This document shows, piece after piece, positions 20,541-29,438 of a stretch of 64,000 nucleotides of DNA. How positions within the stretch are numbered: position 1 is the first letter of the stretch; every line of letters starts with the position of its first letter. The notes beneath the pieces are model-generated. The model had not been told where the DNA came from. It was given only the letters and a program-made list of their open reading frames with translations, and made no database searches. The stretch comes from Candidatus Aenigmatarchaeota archaeon (lineage in GTDB: Archaea > Aenigmatarchaeota > Aenigmatarchaeia > QMZP01): positions 89,078 through 153,077 of the forward strand of contig JBDRSV010000005.1 in NCBI GenBank assembly GCA_043824495.1, in the 5' to 3' direction. Made by a program: the position numbers and the translations under genes.

Positions 20541-21254
20541 TTATTGTCCAAGTCTTCTTTCTCTTTTACTATAATTATTTATTGCTTGGAAAAATTGTTT
20601 CTTTGTTAAATCAGGCCATAGAGTGTCTATAAATGCAAATTCTGAATAAGCAGTTTGCCATAACAAAAATCCACTTAGCCTCTGTTCACTTGTTCTTATG
20701 ATTAAATCAGGATCAGCATAACCATTTGTGTACAAATTTCTCTTTATTACAGATTCATTTATTTCACTTGCTTTCAATTTGCCTTTCTCAACTTCTTTGG
20801 CAATATTTCTGCATGCATCTAGAATTTCTTGTCTGCCACCATAAGCAACAGCCACATTGATTACATAATCAGGATAATTTTCTGTTTGTTTCATCAAAGT
20901 CTTCATTTCTTTTTGCAAGTCTTTTGGTAATACTTCTAGCTTACCAAAGAATGTCATTTTGACTTTGTCTTTGTGTATGAAATGGTTTTTATTTTTTATT
21001 GCGTCCTTTATCTCTTTTCTGGCTAAACTTAGTAAATAATTAACTTCTCTTTTTGGCCTCTTATCAAAATTCTCAATAGAAAGAGCATATACAGTCATGA
21101 TTTTGATATCTAATTCTTTGCACCAATTGAAAACTTTTTTGATTTGTTCCAATCCCCACTCGTGTCCTTTCCATGGTCTTTTGAGTAATCTTTTCGCAAA
21201 TCTTCTATTTCCATCTGGTATAAGTGCAACGTGTTGAGGGACATTCTTATTAAT
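20541..21254 (-). CDS. uppS: cis-isoprenyl diphosphate synthase
   Basis: VPQHVALIPDGNRR lies upstream of the ORF-track start; YALSIENF, YGGRQEI, PDLIIRTSEQRLSGFLLWQ; proposed ATT start at 21254 after GGTGA. Confidence 0.9.
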   Translation of the reverse strand: MNKNVPQHVALIPDGNRRFAKRLLKRPWKGHEWGLEQIKKVFNWCKELDIKIMTVYALSIENFDKRPKREVNYLLSLARKEIKDAIKNKNHFIHKDKVKMTFFGKLEVLPKDLQKEMKTLMKQTENYPDYVINVAVAYGGRQEILDACRNIAKEVEKGKLKASEINESVIKRNLYTNGYADPDLIIRTSEQRLSGFLLWQTAYSEFAFIDTLWPDLTKKQFFQAINNYSKRERRLGQ

Positions 21255-21367
21255 AAGATCACCTACTCTAGGATTGCTTGAGATGTTTAAAAACCTTTAC
21301 CCAAATCCTTCTTTATCTTGTGTCGTTCCTTATAAAATATTTATCGATCTGAGACGTATTATTAAAC

Positions 21368-22204
21368 ATGTTTAGAGCTTATGGCATCATAGGTTTATTA
21401 ATGCTAGCTTTTGCTCAATTAAATTTCATATTCCAAATACATCCATATGCTCAATGGTATTTTCCAATAATATGGTTTGGTTATATTTTGTTTGTAGATG
21501 CTTTAGTTTACAGAATGTATGGAAAATCTTTGATTTACAATAGACCTAAAATGTTTATTGTTCTCCTCATATTGTCTGCTGTAATTTGGTGGATGTTTGA
21601 AGGAATTGGATTTATACTACAGAACTGGTATTACACTGGACTTGAAGGATTCGGAACAAGATTTGAGAAATTTTTATTTGGAACGCTGTCTTTTTCAACT
21701 GTGATACCTGCTGTTTTCGAGACTTATCACTTGCTCAGATCAGTTCATTTATTTGATCATACTCATCTAAAGAAAAAACATAAAATATCAAAAACTTTGT
21801 TACATACTTTGACAGTACTAGGAATACTCTTCCTAATATTGCCTTTAGCTGCTCCAATGTATTTCTATCCAATTATATGGATTGCATTCTTTTTCCTACT
21901 TGATCCATTCAATTACCTACATGGGAGACCAAGTATAATTGGTCATCTAAAGGATAGGAATTTGGTTATTCCAGTTTCTCTTTTCGTAGCAGGAGTTATT
22001 TGTGGTTTCTTATGGGAATTCTGGAATTTCTGGGCAATTCCTCAGTGGCATTATAATATTCCATTTGTAGATTTCTTCAGAATATTTGAAATGCCCGCTC
22101 TAGGTTATCTTGGTTATGGGCCTTTCGCATGGGAATTATTTGCAATGTATCATTTCATAATTGGTTTGAAAAAACACAAGAAAGGATTCAAATTAATGAA
22201 ATAA
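21368..22204 (+). CDS. Multi-pass membrane protein, function unknown
   Basis: About 8 TMs; GFLWEFWNFWA, FEMPALGYLGY. Confidence 0.75.
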   Translation: MFRAYGIIGLLMLAFAQLNFIFQIHPYAQWYFPIIWFGYILFVDALVYRMYGKSLIYNRPKMFIVLLILSAVIWWMFEGIGFILQNWYYTGLEGFGTRFEKFLFGTLSFSTVIPAVFETYHLLRSVHLFDHTHLKKKHKISKTLLHTLTVLGILFLILPLAAPMYFYPIIWIAFFFLLDPFNYLHGRPSIIGHLKDRNLVIPVSLFVAGVICGFLWEFWNFWAIPQWHYNIPFVDFFRIFEMPALGYLGYGPFAWELFAMYHFIIGLKKHKKGFKLMK

Positions 22205-22288
22205 TGCGGGAGGCAGGATTCGAACCTGCGAAGGCACTAAGCCACACGGTCCTTAGCCGTGCTCCTTTGACCGCTCGGAAACTCCCGC
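22205..22288 (-). tRNA. tRNA-Leu, anticodon AAG
   Basis: GCGGGAG/CTCCCGC+A acceptor, anticodon arm CACGG-CTAAGGA-CCGTG, long variable arm, GCAGG-TTCGAAT-CCTGC. Confidence 0.92.
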
Positions 22289-22604
22289 TTTGATGTGAAT
22301 TATTTCTCAATAGAATATATTAATGCAATTACAGTGATAACCATTTTAAACTTTTCTGTTACTATTTAATCATAACAGTTTATGTTCTACCAATTCACAA
22401 AAAACATTCGCGGATCATATCAAAAGATTTGAATCCACATCATTCCTCATGGACACTTGCAACATCTTTAGCATGATTTCGTGCTCAAAGATTTGGTTAG
22501 TGGTATTTCTATTTCTTGAAAAGATTCGTGACTAATTTTCAGAAGAGACGTGTGTCTTTCTGATGTCTTTTGTGTCTAGAGATGAATCACACTTGGGGGG
22601 TCCC

Positions 22605-23030
22605 ATGAATTTTGAAGACGTGAATTTCGTGAGCAAGATTGGATTCGTATGTCTGCTCGTGGCGCTTGTTCAGGTTACGATGCTGAATCCGAATCATGTA
22701 GAAGCTTTGAGCTTCTTGATTATAGGAGTAATTCTTCTCCTATCGATGTTACCTTGGCACATCAAGAACGGCTTCTTACATGCCGTGTTCTTCTGGGCAT
22801 CTGAAATCAATTTCAGGAATGTCGCGGTGGTTCTCCTAGTTCTTGGAGGATCCATGTTAGGGATGGGATTCCTGCCGTCACCGAATCTCCCACCAGGCAC
22901 TACTGAATGGCAAGCAACTGTGTTCAGAAATGTTGGTGGTGCGCTTGTGATAGTGCTTGGTGTCATTCCCGCAATCCTGCTGGGAGTTGTTCGAGGAATC
23001 GATCGAATGTGCGGCGTCAAATCTGAGTGA
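22605..23030 (+). CDS. Four-TM membrane protein (island 1)
   Basis: Four hydrophobic helices; start moved to ATG after G-rich RBS. Confidence 0.65.
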   Translation: MNFEDVNFVSKIGFVCLLVALVQVTMLNPNHVEALSFLIIGVILLLSMLPWHIKNGFLHAVFFWASEINFRNVAVVLLVLGGSMLGMGFLPSPNLPPGTTEWQATVFRNVGGALVIVLGVIPAILLGVVRGIDRMCGVKSE

Positions 23031-23045
23031 TGATTAGAGACTTAT

Positions 23046-23118
23046 GGCGCCGTGGCTGAGTGGTTAAGGCACATGGTTCGGGACCATGTTTTCAGGGGTT
23101 CGAATCCCTTCGGCGCCA
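23046..23118 (+). tRNA. tRNA-Pro, anticodon CGG
   Basis: GGCGCCG/CGGCGCC+A, CATGG-TTCGGGA-CCATG, AGGGG-TTCGAAT-CCCTT; no encoded CCA. Confidence 0.88.
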
Positions 23119-23139
23119 CGAAGTTGTGAAAAGATCTTC

Positions 23140-23217
23140 GTAAGCGGATAGCATACGACGGCAGTGCACGGGCTCGATAACCCGAATGGTCGGAGGTTCA
23201 AGTCCTCCTCGCTTACT
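23140..23217 (+). ncRNA. tRNA-like RNA resembling initiator tRNA-Met with 8-nt anticodon loop
   Basis: GTAAGCG(G)A/TCGCTTAC acceptor with bulge, CGGG-CTCGATAA-CCCG, GGAGG-TTCAAGT-CCTCC. Confidence 0.7.
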
Positions 23218-23220
23218 GGA

Positions 23221-23285
23221 GAGGAAGATCCTGGTGAGTTATCTGTGAGGGAATTACTCTTTGCCTTCGGGACAGGATCTTCTTT
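23221..23285 (+). terminator. Long stem-loop after tRNA pair
   Basis: GAGGAAGATCCTG/CAGGATCTTCTTT arms with an internal C(TTCG)G hairpin. Confidence 0.55.
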
Positions 23286-23313
23286 AATGTTTGAATATGA
23301 AAGGCGGACATCC

Positions 23314-23574
23314 ATGAAAAATCATCGTACATTAAAGAGGTTGAGTGTGTGTATAATTGCATTCCTTCTACTCGCACCTCAAGTTCTTGCTACAACTGGT
23401 GGGGGAGCTGAAAGTGCATGGGATCCCTGGGATCACGGAGATACGCTGATACTGATAGGGCTTATCATAGCCATTGGTGGAATTTGGTTTACCCCGAAGA
23501 AATGGGGTGTGGGATTGCCGATTACTGGACTTGTTGTCGGTATAATTTTAGTGGTATTGGGTCTTGCAATCTAA
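23314..23574 (+). CDS. Small membrane protein with signal peptide (island 1)
   Basis: Signal-like N-terminus plus two TMs. Confidence 0.65.
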   Translation: MKNHRTLKRLSVCIIAFLLLAPQVLATTGGGAESAWDPWDHGDTLILIGLIIAIGGIWFTPKKWGVGLPITGLVVGIILVVLGLAI

Positions 23575-23596
23575 CCTCGACCATGGGAGAGTCGTA

Positions 23597-23785
23597 ATGT
23601 GTATTGATACACCGAACGGCGGCAAAGATGATCTCGGTTTCTGGGAAAGCCTCCCACTCTTGCCTCTGGTCCTCTTCGCGATATTGTGGGGAAATTTCAG
23701 GAGGAGGTGGTATTTCTGGATTCCTGGATTAGGGGTGATCGCATTTGCGATCTGGTGGTTTCTGCTAAGGGGGAGACATGTCTAA
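23597..23785 (+). CDS. Small Trp-rich two-TM peptide (island 1), paralog A
   Basis: GGGAG RBS; FWESLPLLPLVLFAILWGNFRRRWYFWIPG. Confidence 0.6.
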   Translation: MCIDTPNGGKDDLGFWESLPLLPLVLFAILWGNFRRRWYFWIPGLGVIAFAIWWFLLRGRHV

Positions 23786-23948
23786 ACGTAACGAGAATCC
23801 TCCCTTTGAAACACTCAGGTTCGTTTTCGTTGTTCTTTTCCTGGCTATAGAAGGCCACCTAAGGAAGTGGTGGCCTCTCTGGATATTTGGAGGGTTCGTT
23901 TTGACATTGGTCACTTGGAGATTGCGGAGGAGGAAGCGCCGTGCCTAA
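23778..23948 (+). CDS. Small Trp-rich two-TM peptide (island 1), paralog B, 56 aa
   Basis: Not in ORF track; GGGGAG RBS; MSKRNENPPFETLRFVFVVLFLAIEGHLRKWWPLWIFGGFVLTLVTWRLRRRKRRA. Confidence 0.65.
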   Translation: MSKRNENPPFETLRFVFVVLFLAIEGHLRKWWPLWIFGGFVLTLVTWRLRRRKRRA

Positions 23949-24027
23949 GCAAACTGTGACGATAACCATAAACCTCGAAGAATCAGATTAAGGGTAAAGT
24001 GGGTGGGAGAAAACATGGAGGTGTGGG

Positions 24028-24330
24028 ATGAATCCGTTCTTGATTGTAGTTGGTTTCCTGTTGGTAATTGTCGCGGGAATCTGCGCACGCAGAAAAGACG
24101 ACCATTTTTGCATTTACGTCTACGTGATGAGCCTTGCTGGAGTTGCGATTGCTGTTACCGGCATGGTCATTATGGAGATGCAATCTCCTGGTACAATTGA
24201 AGTCAGCATGAATTTCATAGGTCCTTTCCTATTCCCAAGTACAATCTCAATCCGCCACTTCTGGGTTGATTCCTGGAGACGACGGCAGCAAAGTATGAGC
24301 AGGGTACGATGGTTAAAAAGGAAAGAATGA
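24028..24330 (+). CDS. Small membrane protein (island 1)
   Basis: GGAGGT RBS; 2-3 TMs, basic tail. Confidence 0.6.
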   Translation: MNPFLIVVGFLLVIVAGICARRKDDHFCIYVYVMSLAGVAIAVTGMVIMEMQSPGTIEVSMNFIGPFLFPSTISIRHFWVDSWRRRQQSMSRVRWLKRKE

Positions 24331-24381
24331 CAGAGGCTAAGTTTCAGGCTTCTGTTTATATTGTCTAATTAAAGGGATATA
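24330..24381 (+). repeat. Island border copy 1: hairpin plus TTATATTGTCTAATTAAAGGGATATA (24356-24381)
   Basis: ACAGAGGC/GCTTCTGT stem abutting the 26-mer. Confidence 0.92.
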
Positions 24382-24431
24382 GAAGAGCAAGAAAAAAATC
24401 TGAAGAATCATAAAAACAAAAAAGAAGGGAT

Positions 24432-24860
24432 TTATTCTCCGATTAAATCTTCTTCTACTTTGCCTAAATCCCTTTCAAGTCTACCGATATCTTTCTTCAT
24501 TGCGTCTAAGTGTGCAAGAATTCTATTCTTTTCCTTTCCAAAGTTCTCAAGATCTTCGTAAATTCTTGTTCCTTCCTTGAACTCATTCAAGTTCATGACT
24601 ACATAAGGGAACTTGTTCATCTCTTTTGCAACATTAGTGCACATTCTCTCGAGCCACTTATTCATTGCAACCTTGACTTCCTTTCTGATCATTTTTTCTT
24701 TATCTAATCTCTTCTTCATGACCCTTACAATTGCCGCTGTAGGAAACGCAAGCTTCTCTTTTGCATCAAGATCTTCATCATCTTCTTCGACTTCTAGTAC
24801 TTTTGCTTCTATTTCTTCAGTTTCTTCTTTTACTTCTGCCTTTATTTCTTCCTTTGTCAT
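24432..24860 (-). CDS. Histone-fold protein (NFYB/HAP3-like) with acidic N-tail and coiled-coil C-terminus
   Basis: LAFPTAAIVRVMKKRL..MIRKEVKVAMNKWLE..VAKEMN. Confidence 0.7.
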   Translation of the reverse strand: MTKEEIKAEVKEETEEIEAKVLEVEEDDEDLDAKEKLAFPTAAIVRVMKKRLDKEKMIRKEVKVAMNKWLERMCTNVAKEMNKFPYVVMNLNEFKEGTRIYEDLENFGKEKNRILAHLDAMKKDIGRLERDLGKVEEDLIGE

Positions 24861-24944
24861 AATAACTCTCCTTTAAATTGGTTTTATAATCTTAGTATAG
24901 TTTTTTAAGTTAAATATTTAACGGTTGGAGTGTAATAGAGTGTT

Positions 24945-26147
24945 ATGATACCGTTGGATTACGAAACACTGAATATAGTTTCTATTGTTGCCTTCATAGT
25001 TATAGTCGCTTTACTTGTGTTAAAGGACAGGAAAAAATTCCAAAGAGACGCAGTGCTTCTTGTTAGAAGAACACAGAGAGGAAAGGAATTGATAATAAGA
25101 CTAGGAAGAAGTCATCCTACATTCTTTAGACGCCTAGGAAACATAGGAGTAGTTATAGGTTTCATAGCTTCCATTATTACAATTATACTGCTAATACAAA
25201 ATCTAGCCATGATAGCAACATCAACAGCTGATATACCAGGAGCAGCTTTAGTTTTACCTACTATATCAACTCAAGCAAGTATAGGTCCTGGATATTTTGC
25301 AGTGCCGTTCTGGTATTGGATAATATCAATTGCATTACTGATTTTAGTTCATGAAGGGTTCCATGGTGTATTTTTCGCGCGTGAGAAGTTGCGTATCAAG
25401 TCCATGGGAGTTGGATTACTTGTAATTCTACCTCTAGCTTTCGTAGAAGAAGATAGAAAAGAATTCGAAAAATTAAAGCCAATGCAGAGATTGAGAATCT
25501 TAGCAGCTGGGTCCTTTGCTAATTTCATGTTGGCTGGTTTGGCTTTCTTGGTTCTTAGCGTTGCTTTCGCTGGAGCATTTGTTTCGTCTGGCGTTTCTTA
25601 CAGTGGTTTAATTGAAGGATACCCGGCACATGACATGAACTTAACAGGTGTGATAGTTCAAATAGATCATTTTGAAATAAGAACATCAGCTGATCTAAGC
25701 GCAGCTTTAGAACAGCTAGGCGTTGGACAGACAATTGATATTTACACAGAAGTCAGAAACAGTTATGGCATAGAAGAAAAGACATATTCACTTACTACAG
25801 TGCAGTCGCCTTTTGTTGACACACCTGGGGTTAACCCAGATAAAGGATTCATAGGAATAATTGGAATTGGAGAAACGGAATCTATCGCTCCTGGATTAGA
25901 AGATTACGAGGCTGCAATTTTCTTCACTAGAGGTCTGGTAATATTCATATTCTTGCTAAACTTGTTCGTAGGTATGTTCAATGTATTGCCTCTTCCTATA
26001 TTGGATGGAGGACAGATGTGGAACATCTTGTTCAAGAAGATTGCCCCTAAGGGATACAAATTAATCACAAAAACAGTTTACTGGATTATATTCCTTCTAA
26101 TAGTAGCATTGTTTGTATTGCCAATATTGAAGCCATTCCTACTTTAA
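24945..26147 (+). CDS. Site-2 protease (M50) with PDZ-like insert
   Basis: LVHEGFHG, LAAGSFANF, FNVLPLPILDGG. Confidence 0.93.
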   Translation: MIPLDYETLNIVSIVAFIVIVALLVLKDRKKFQRDAVLLVRRTQRGKELIIRLGRSHPTFFRRLGNIGVVIGFIASIITIILLIQNLAMIATSTADIPGAALVLPTISTQASIGPGYFAVPFWYWIISIALLILVHEGFHGVFFAREKLRIKSMGVGLLVILPLAFVEEDRKEFEKLKPMQRLRILAAGSFANFMLAGLAFLVLSVAFAGAFVSSGVSYSGLIEGYPAHDMNLTGVIVQIDHFEIRTSADLSAALEQLGVGQTIDIYTEVRNSYGIEEKTYSLTTVQSPFVDTPGVNPDKGFIGIIGIGETESIAPGLEDYEAAIFFTRGLVIFIFLLNLFVGMFNVLPLPILDGGQMWNILFKKIAPKGYKLITKTVYWIIFLLIVALFVLPILKPFLL

Positions 26148-26165
26148 TAGGTAAAAATACCAAAT

Positions 26166-27293
26166 ATGATTATGCGAAAGAGGAGGGGTATTACACCCAT
26201 TATAGCTATAATTATTCTATTACTGATCACAGTTGCTTTAGGCGGAACAGCATGGACATACATGTCTGGTATGGTTGATATATACACACAGAATTCAATA
26301 GAAATATCACAATCCAATGCATTTTGTAATAATAATGTAGTTAATGTTCTAGTAAGAAATATGGGAACAGCTCCCGTACAGCTAACAACAACCCCTGTCC
26401 CATTCCAAGAATATGCTCCAGATGATAATACAGTATTACTTTATCATTTCAATGAGAATGCAGGAACAAGTACTGTAGATTCTTCAACAAGTGGAAATGA
26501 CGGAATTCTTGAAGGCACAACATTACCTGCGTGGTCTCCTGGTGTCTTTGGTAGCTCACTTCGATTTCCAGGTCACCCTACCCAAAGTGATGTTCGTAAT
26601 GGTAGCTTTGCTGATGGTGCAACAAATGTGCCTTCAGGGGATAACCCAATAACTTATGAGGCTTGGGTGTTTTTGTATGAATATCAAACGGACATAATTT
26701 CTATACCTGGAGCTACTGTTGTAGGATATGATTATTTTCAGCCAACAGCATTAACAATAGAAAATGATAAGCTTCTTTTTGTCACATATGATGGTGGTTT
26801 AAATTTAATTAATTATTCGCATTCAAGACCACTAGAATTAGAAAAGTGGTATCATGTAGCTGGGAGTTATGTTCCTGGAGCAACACCTGTAGTTAGGTTG
26901 TACGTGAACGGAGAAATGGAAGAGTTTACTGCAATTAACATCCCTATTGCTCCAAATTATCATATAGTATCTGTTGGAAGTTTACTTGCTACTGGATCAC
27001 CAGTTTATACTATTAATGCAACCATAGATGAAGTCAGAATATCCAATATAACAAGAACATTCTCAGGTTCTGAGTTTGTTGCGGCATGCGATTATTTAGG
27101 TTCTGCATTTGATTGTGGTGGGTTGAAAATAGAAAGAGTAAAAGGAACTCATGTTTATCCATTCCCATATCTTGATAGCAATGTATTGGACACTGGAGAT
27201 TCTGTCAGGATAAGAGATAATTGTCAAGGTAAGTGCGAATACGTAGTTACATCTGGTGGAGTAGCAAAGGAAATTAATTTGGATTGTTTCTAG
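26166..27293 (+). CDS. Archaeal type IV pilin-like protein with LamG domain
   Basis: RRG-ITPIIAIIILLLITV class III signal; LLYHFNE, ITYEAWV, KWYHVAGSY, IDEVRISN. Confidence 0.85.
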   Translation: MIMRKRRGITPIIAIIILLLITVALGGTAWTYMSGMVDIYTQNSIEISQSNAFCNNNVVNVLVRNMGTAPVQLTTTPVPFQEYAPDDNTVLLYHFNENAGTSTVDSSTSGNDGILEGTTLPAWSPGVFGSSLRFPGHPTQSDVRNGSFADGATNVPSGDNPITYEAWVFLYEYQTDIISIPGATVVGYDYFQPTALTIENDKLLFVTYDGGLNLINYSHSRPLELEKWYHVAGSYVPGATPVVRLYVNGEMEEFTAINIPIAPNYHIVSVGSLLATGSPVYTINATIDEVRISNITRTFSGSEFVAACDYLGSAFDCGGLKIERVKGTHVYPFPYLDSNVLDTGDSVRIRDNCQGKCEYVVTSGGVAKEINLDCF

Positions 27294-27410
27294 ACTAGGC
27301 GTGCTGAAGTGAGAGTTAAACTCGGACTTTTATAGAAACCTTTTTAAATACCCTAGATACTATATTAATTCAACCCGGCCGTTAGTGTCGAATAGAACTG
27401 GGAGTTAGTT

Positions 27411-28016
27411 ATGGCAAATTTCAAAATCGTGATATCAGATCCAAAGAGCAAAAAAGCTTATCAGAAAGAAGTAGATCAAACACAATCTGGTTTTGTAGGA
27501 AAGAAAATTGGCGAAAAAATATCTGGAAATTTTGTTGGACTTACTGGATATACTCTTGAAATAAGAGGTGGTTCTGACTCAGAAGGTTTTCCAATGAGAA
27601 CTGATGTAGAAGGAACAGCAAGAAAGAAAATTTTGATTGCTTTACCACCTGGTTTTCACCCAAAAATAAAGGGAGTTAGAAAGAGAAAATCAATAAGAGG
27701 AAACACAATCTCTACAGGAATTTCCCAAATAAATGTGAAAGTTGTTGAAAAAGGACCAAAGAGTATAGAAGAACTTCTCGGAGTAAAAGCTGAAAAGAAG
27801 GAAGAAAAAAAGAAAGAAGAAACACCTTCAGAAAAGCCAGCTGAGAAGAAAGAAGAGAAGCCAGTAGAAAAGCCTGCAGAAAAGAAAGAAGAAGTAAAGC
27901 CAACATCAACAGAAGAAAAGAAACCAGAAACACAAGAAAAAGCTGAATCAAAAATGGGCGTAAAATCACTTGAAGAAGTAGAAGAAAAAGCTGAAAAGAA
28001 AGAAGAAAAGAAGTGA
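27411..28016 (+). CDS. rps6e: 30S ribosomal protein S6e with K/E-rich C-terminal extension
   Basis: FKIVISDP, LEIRGGSDSEGFPMR, RKRKSIRGN, QINVKV. Confidence 0.95.
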   Translation: MANFKIVISDPKSKKAYQKEVDQTQSGFVGKKIGEKISGNFVGLTGYTLEIRGGSDSEGFPMRTDVEGTARKKILIALPPGFHPKIKGVRKRKSIRGNTISTGISQINVKVVEKGPKSIEELLGVKAEKKEEKKKEETPSEKPAEKKEEKPVEKPAEKKEEVKPTSTEEKKPETQEKAESKMGVKSLEEVEEKAEKKEEKK

Positions 28017-28070
28017 TTTTAAAATCTTCTATAAAAAACGTTTGTTGTAGATCTATCTATATTTCTTAAT

Positions 28071-29138
28071 TCATAATCTAGCTACTGCAGAAGATGGGAC
28101 ACTCGGGATCGTTATAGTTTCAATAGAAGTGGCATTTAGTCTATCGTCTCCGAGTTCAGTGGCTAGCCGATTTAGTTGAGATGATAAATCTCCAATTGTT
28201 TTGTATCTGATAGCATCAATAGTTTGAACAAGTTCTGCCATGGGGTATTGTAAGGTATTTACTGGATCTCGTTTTACTCTATATTCGGATATATCTACTC
28301 TTTCTGGTTCCCTTTTTTGTTTAAGTTCTTCTCTAAGTGATGCTATTTGTCTTAACTCTTCTCTAAGTTCAGTTATTCTTGCTGCATCATCTGAAGGAGC
28401 TGAAACTGCTGGTGTAATAATTTCTGTGGGCTTTACTACAGGTTTTGCTATAGTTTTTTGAATTGTAGGTTGTGGTACTACTATAGGTGTGGGTTTTCTT
28501 AATTTTCGTTTTCCAGGATCATACCCATGATGTATCACAAGTTCAGTGTTTTTACCGGATCTATTAATAGTAACGTATCGGTATCTAATTCTTGACATGA
28601 GTTCACGTGTGTCGTCTGTTGGTGTAATTTTAACTAATTTAGGATGTCTAATTATACCCAACTCGCTATCCAGTTCTTTCATTATATATGCTCTGGTACT
28701 CATTCTCCTATAATCACTCGTGCTGGTAAGCTGAGTTCTTGATTCACGTGGATTAATATCTGCTGTAGCTCCTATAGGTGTCTCAATACGATCGTCATAA
28801 TCACCAATTTTTGGCCCAGTATATCCTTCACGACGTTGCATATAATTACGATGTGTTGGGACAGATCTCATCATACTCCTTAAATGCAGCAACATTTCAT
28901 ATCTACTCAGCGGCACTACGTTCTCTCCAGGTAAAGGATTGCAATCTAAAAATTTCTGTATGTGTTCATCAACATCAACTAGACTAGCTTCCACCGCTTC
29001 TGCTGATAATTCCCATAATTTAGGATAACGGTCAGAACTTGATCCTCTGTCTATAGCTGTAACCTGGATAGTGCTATCTGGTAAGAATTTAATTGAATAA
29101 TCATGCATTGGAAGGGTATTTATAGGTGCTCTTTTCAT
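28071..29138 (-). CDS. Hypothetical protein (orphan, Pro/Thr linker and coiled coil)
   Basis: 355-aa ORF with AGGA upstream; no recognised motif. Confidence 0.6.
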   Translation of the reverse strand: MKRAPINTLPMHDYSIKFLPDSTIQVTAIDRGSSSDRYPKLWELSAEAVEASLVDVDEHIQKFLDCNPLPGENVVPLSRYEMLLHLRSMMRSVPTHRNYMQRREGYTGPKIGDYDDRIETPIGATADINPRESRTQLTSTSDYRRMSTRAYIMKELDSELGIIRHPKLVKITPTDDTRELMSRIRYRYVTINRSGKNTELVIHHGYDPGKRKLRKPTPIVVPQPTIQKTIAKPVVKPTEIITPAVSAPSDDAARITELREELRQIASLREELKQKREPERVDISEYRVKRDPVNTLQYPMAELVQTIDAIRYKTIGDLSSQLNRLATELGDDRLNATSIETITIPSVPSSAVARL

Positions 29139-29294
29139 GTTTTTCCTTATCTTATATTATTAGGTAATAACATTTTTATTAGTTTTTGAAAAATTATTTT
29201 TTTAGATTTATCAAAATTAGATTAAGTCAACTAAATTTTATAAAAGTAATTAGTTCTCTATGCAATATAATATATACTTTACGAAACTAAAAAA

Positions 29295-29438
29295 TTATTC
29301 CCAGCAGAGACTCCACCAGCTACATTTATGTCCTTTGAATTTAGAAATACAGCACGATTTGCAGATTCTTGCGAGGCGTGGATTATGTGTCTCACATTTT
29401 TTTAGAGTTTTATCTTCAGTACAATCATGACAAGCCAT
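29295..29438 (-). CDS. 47-aa Cys/His-rich peptide (possible zinc finger)
   Basis: Not in ORF track; MACHDCTEDKTLKKCETHNPRLARICKSCCISKFKGHKCSWWSLCWE; AAGGA and TTATAAA upstream. Confidence 0.55.
   Translation of the reverse strand: MACHDCTEDKTLKKCETHNPRLARICKSCCISKFKGHKCSWWSLCWE

Larger units (their letters stand above)
22300..24381 (+). mobile_element. Higher-GC island 1 (six small membrane-protein ORFs, tRNA, tRNA-like RNA) ending in the conserved border motif
   Basis: Spot GC 34/60 at 22861-22920 versus 20/60 at 12781-12840; all genes +; left edge approximate; mobility inferred. Confidence 0.7.

Noticed and set aside
22205-22288. tRNA-Leu as integration site of island 1
   Set aside because: The island lies on the 5' side of the tRNA and no duplicated tRNA 3' end was found
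23164-23313. N-terminal extension of ORF 23164
   Set aside because: Overlaps the tRNA-like RNA and a stem-loop; the ATG at 23314 gives a clean signal peptide
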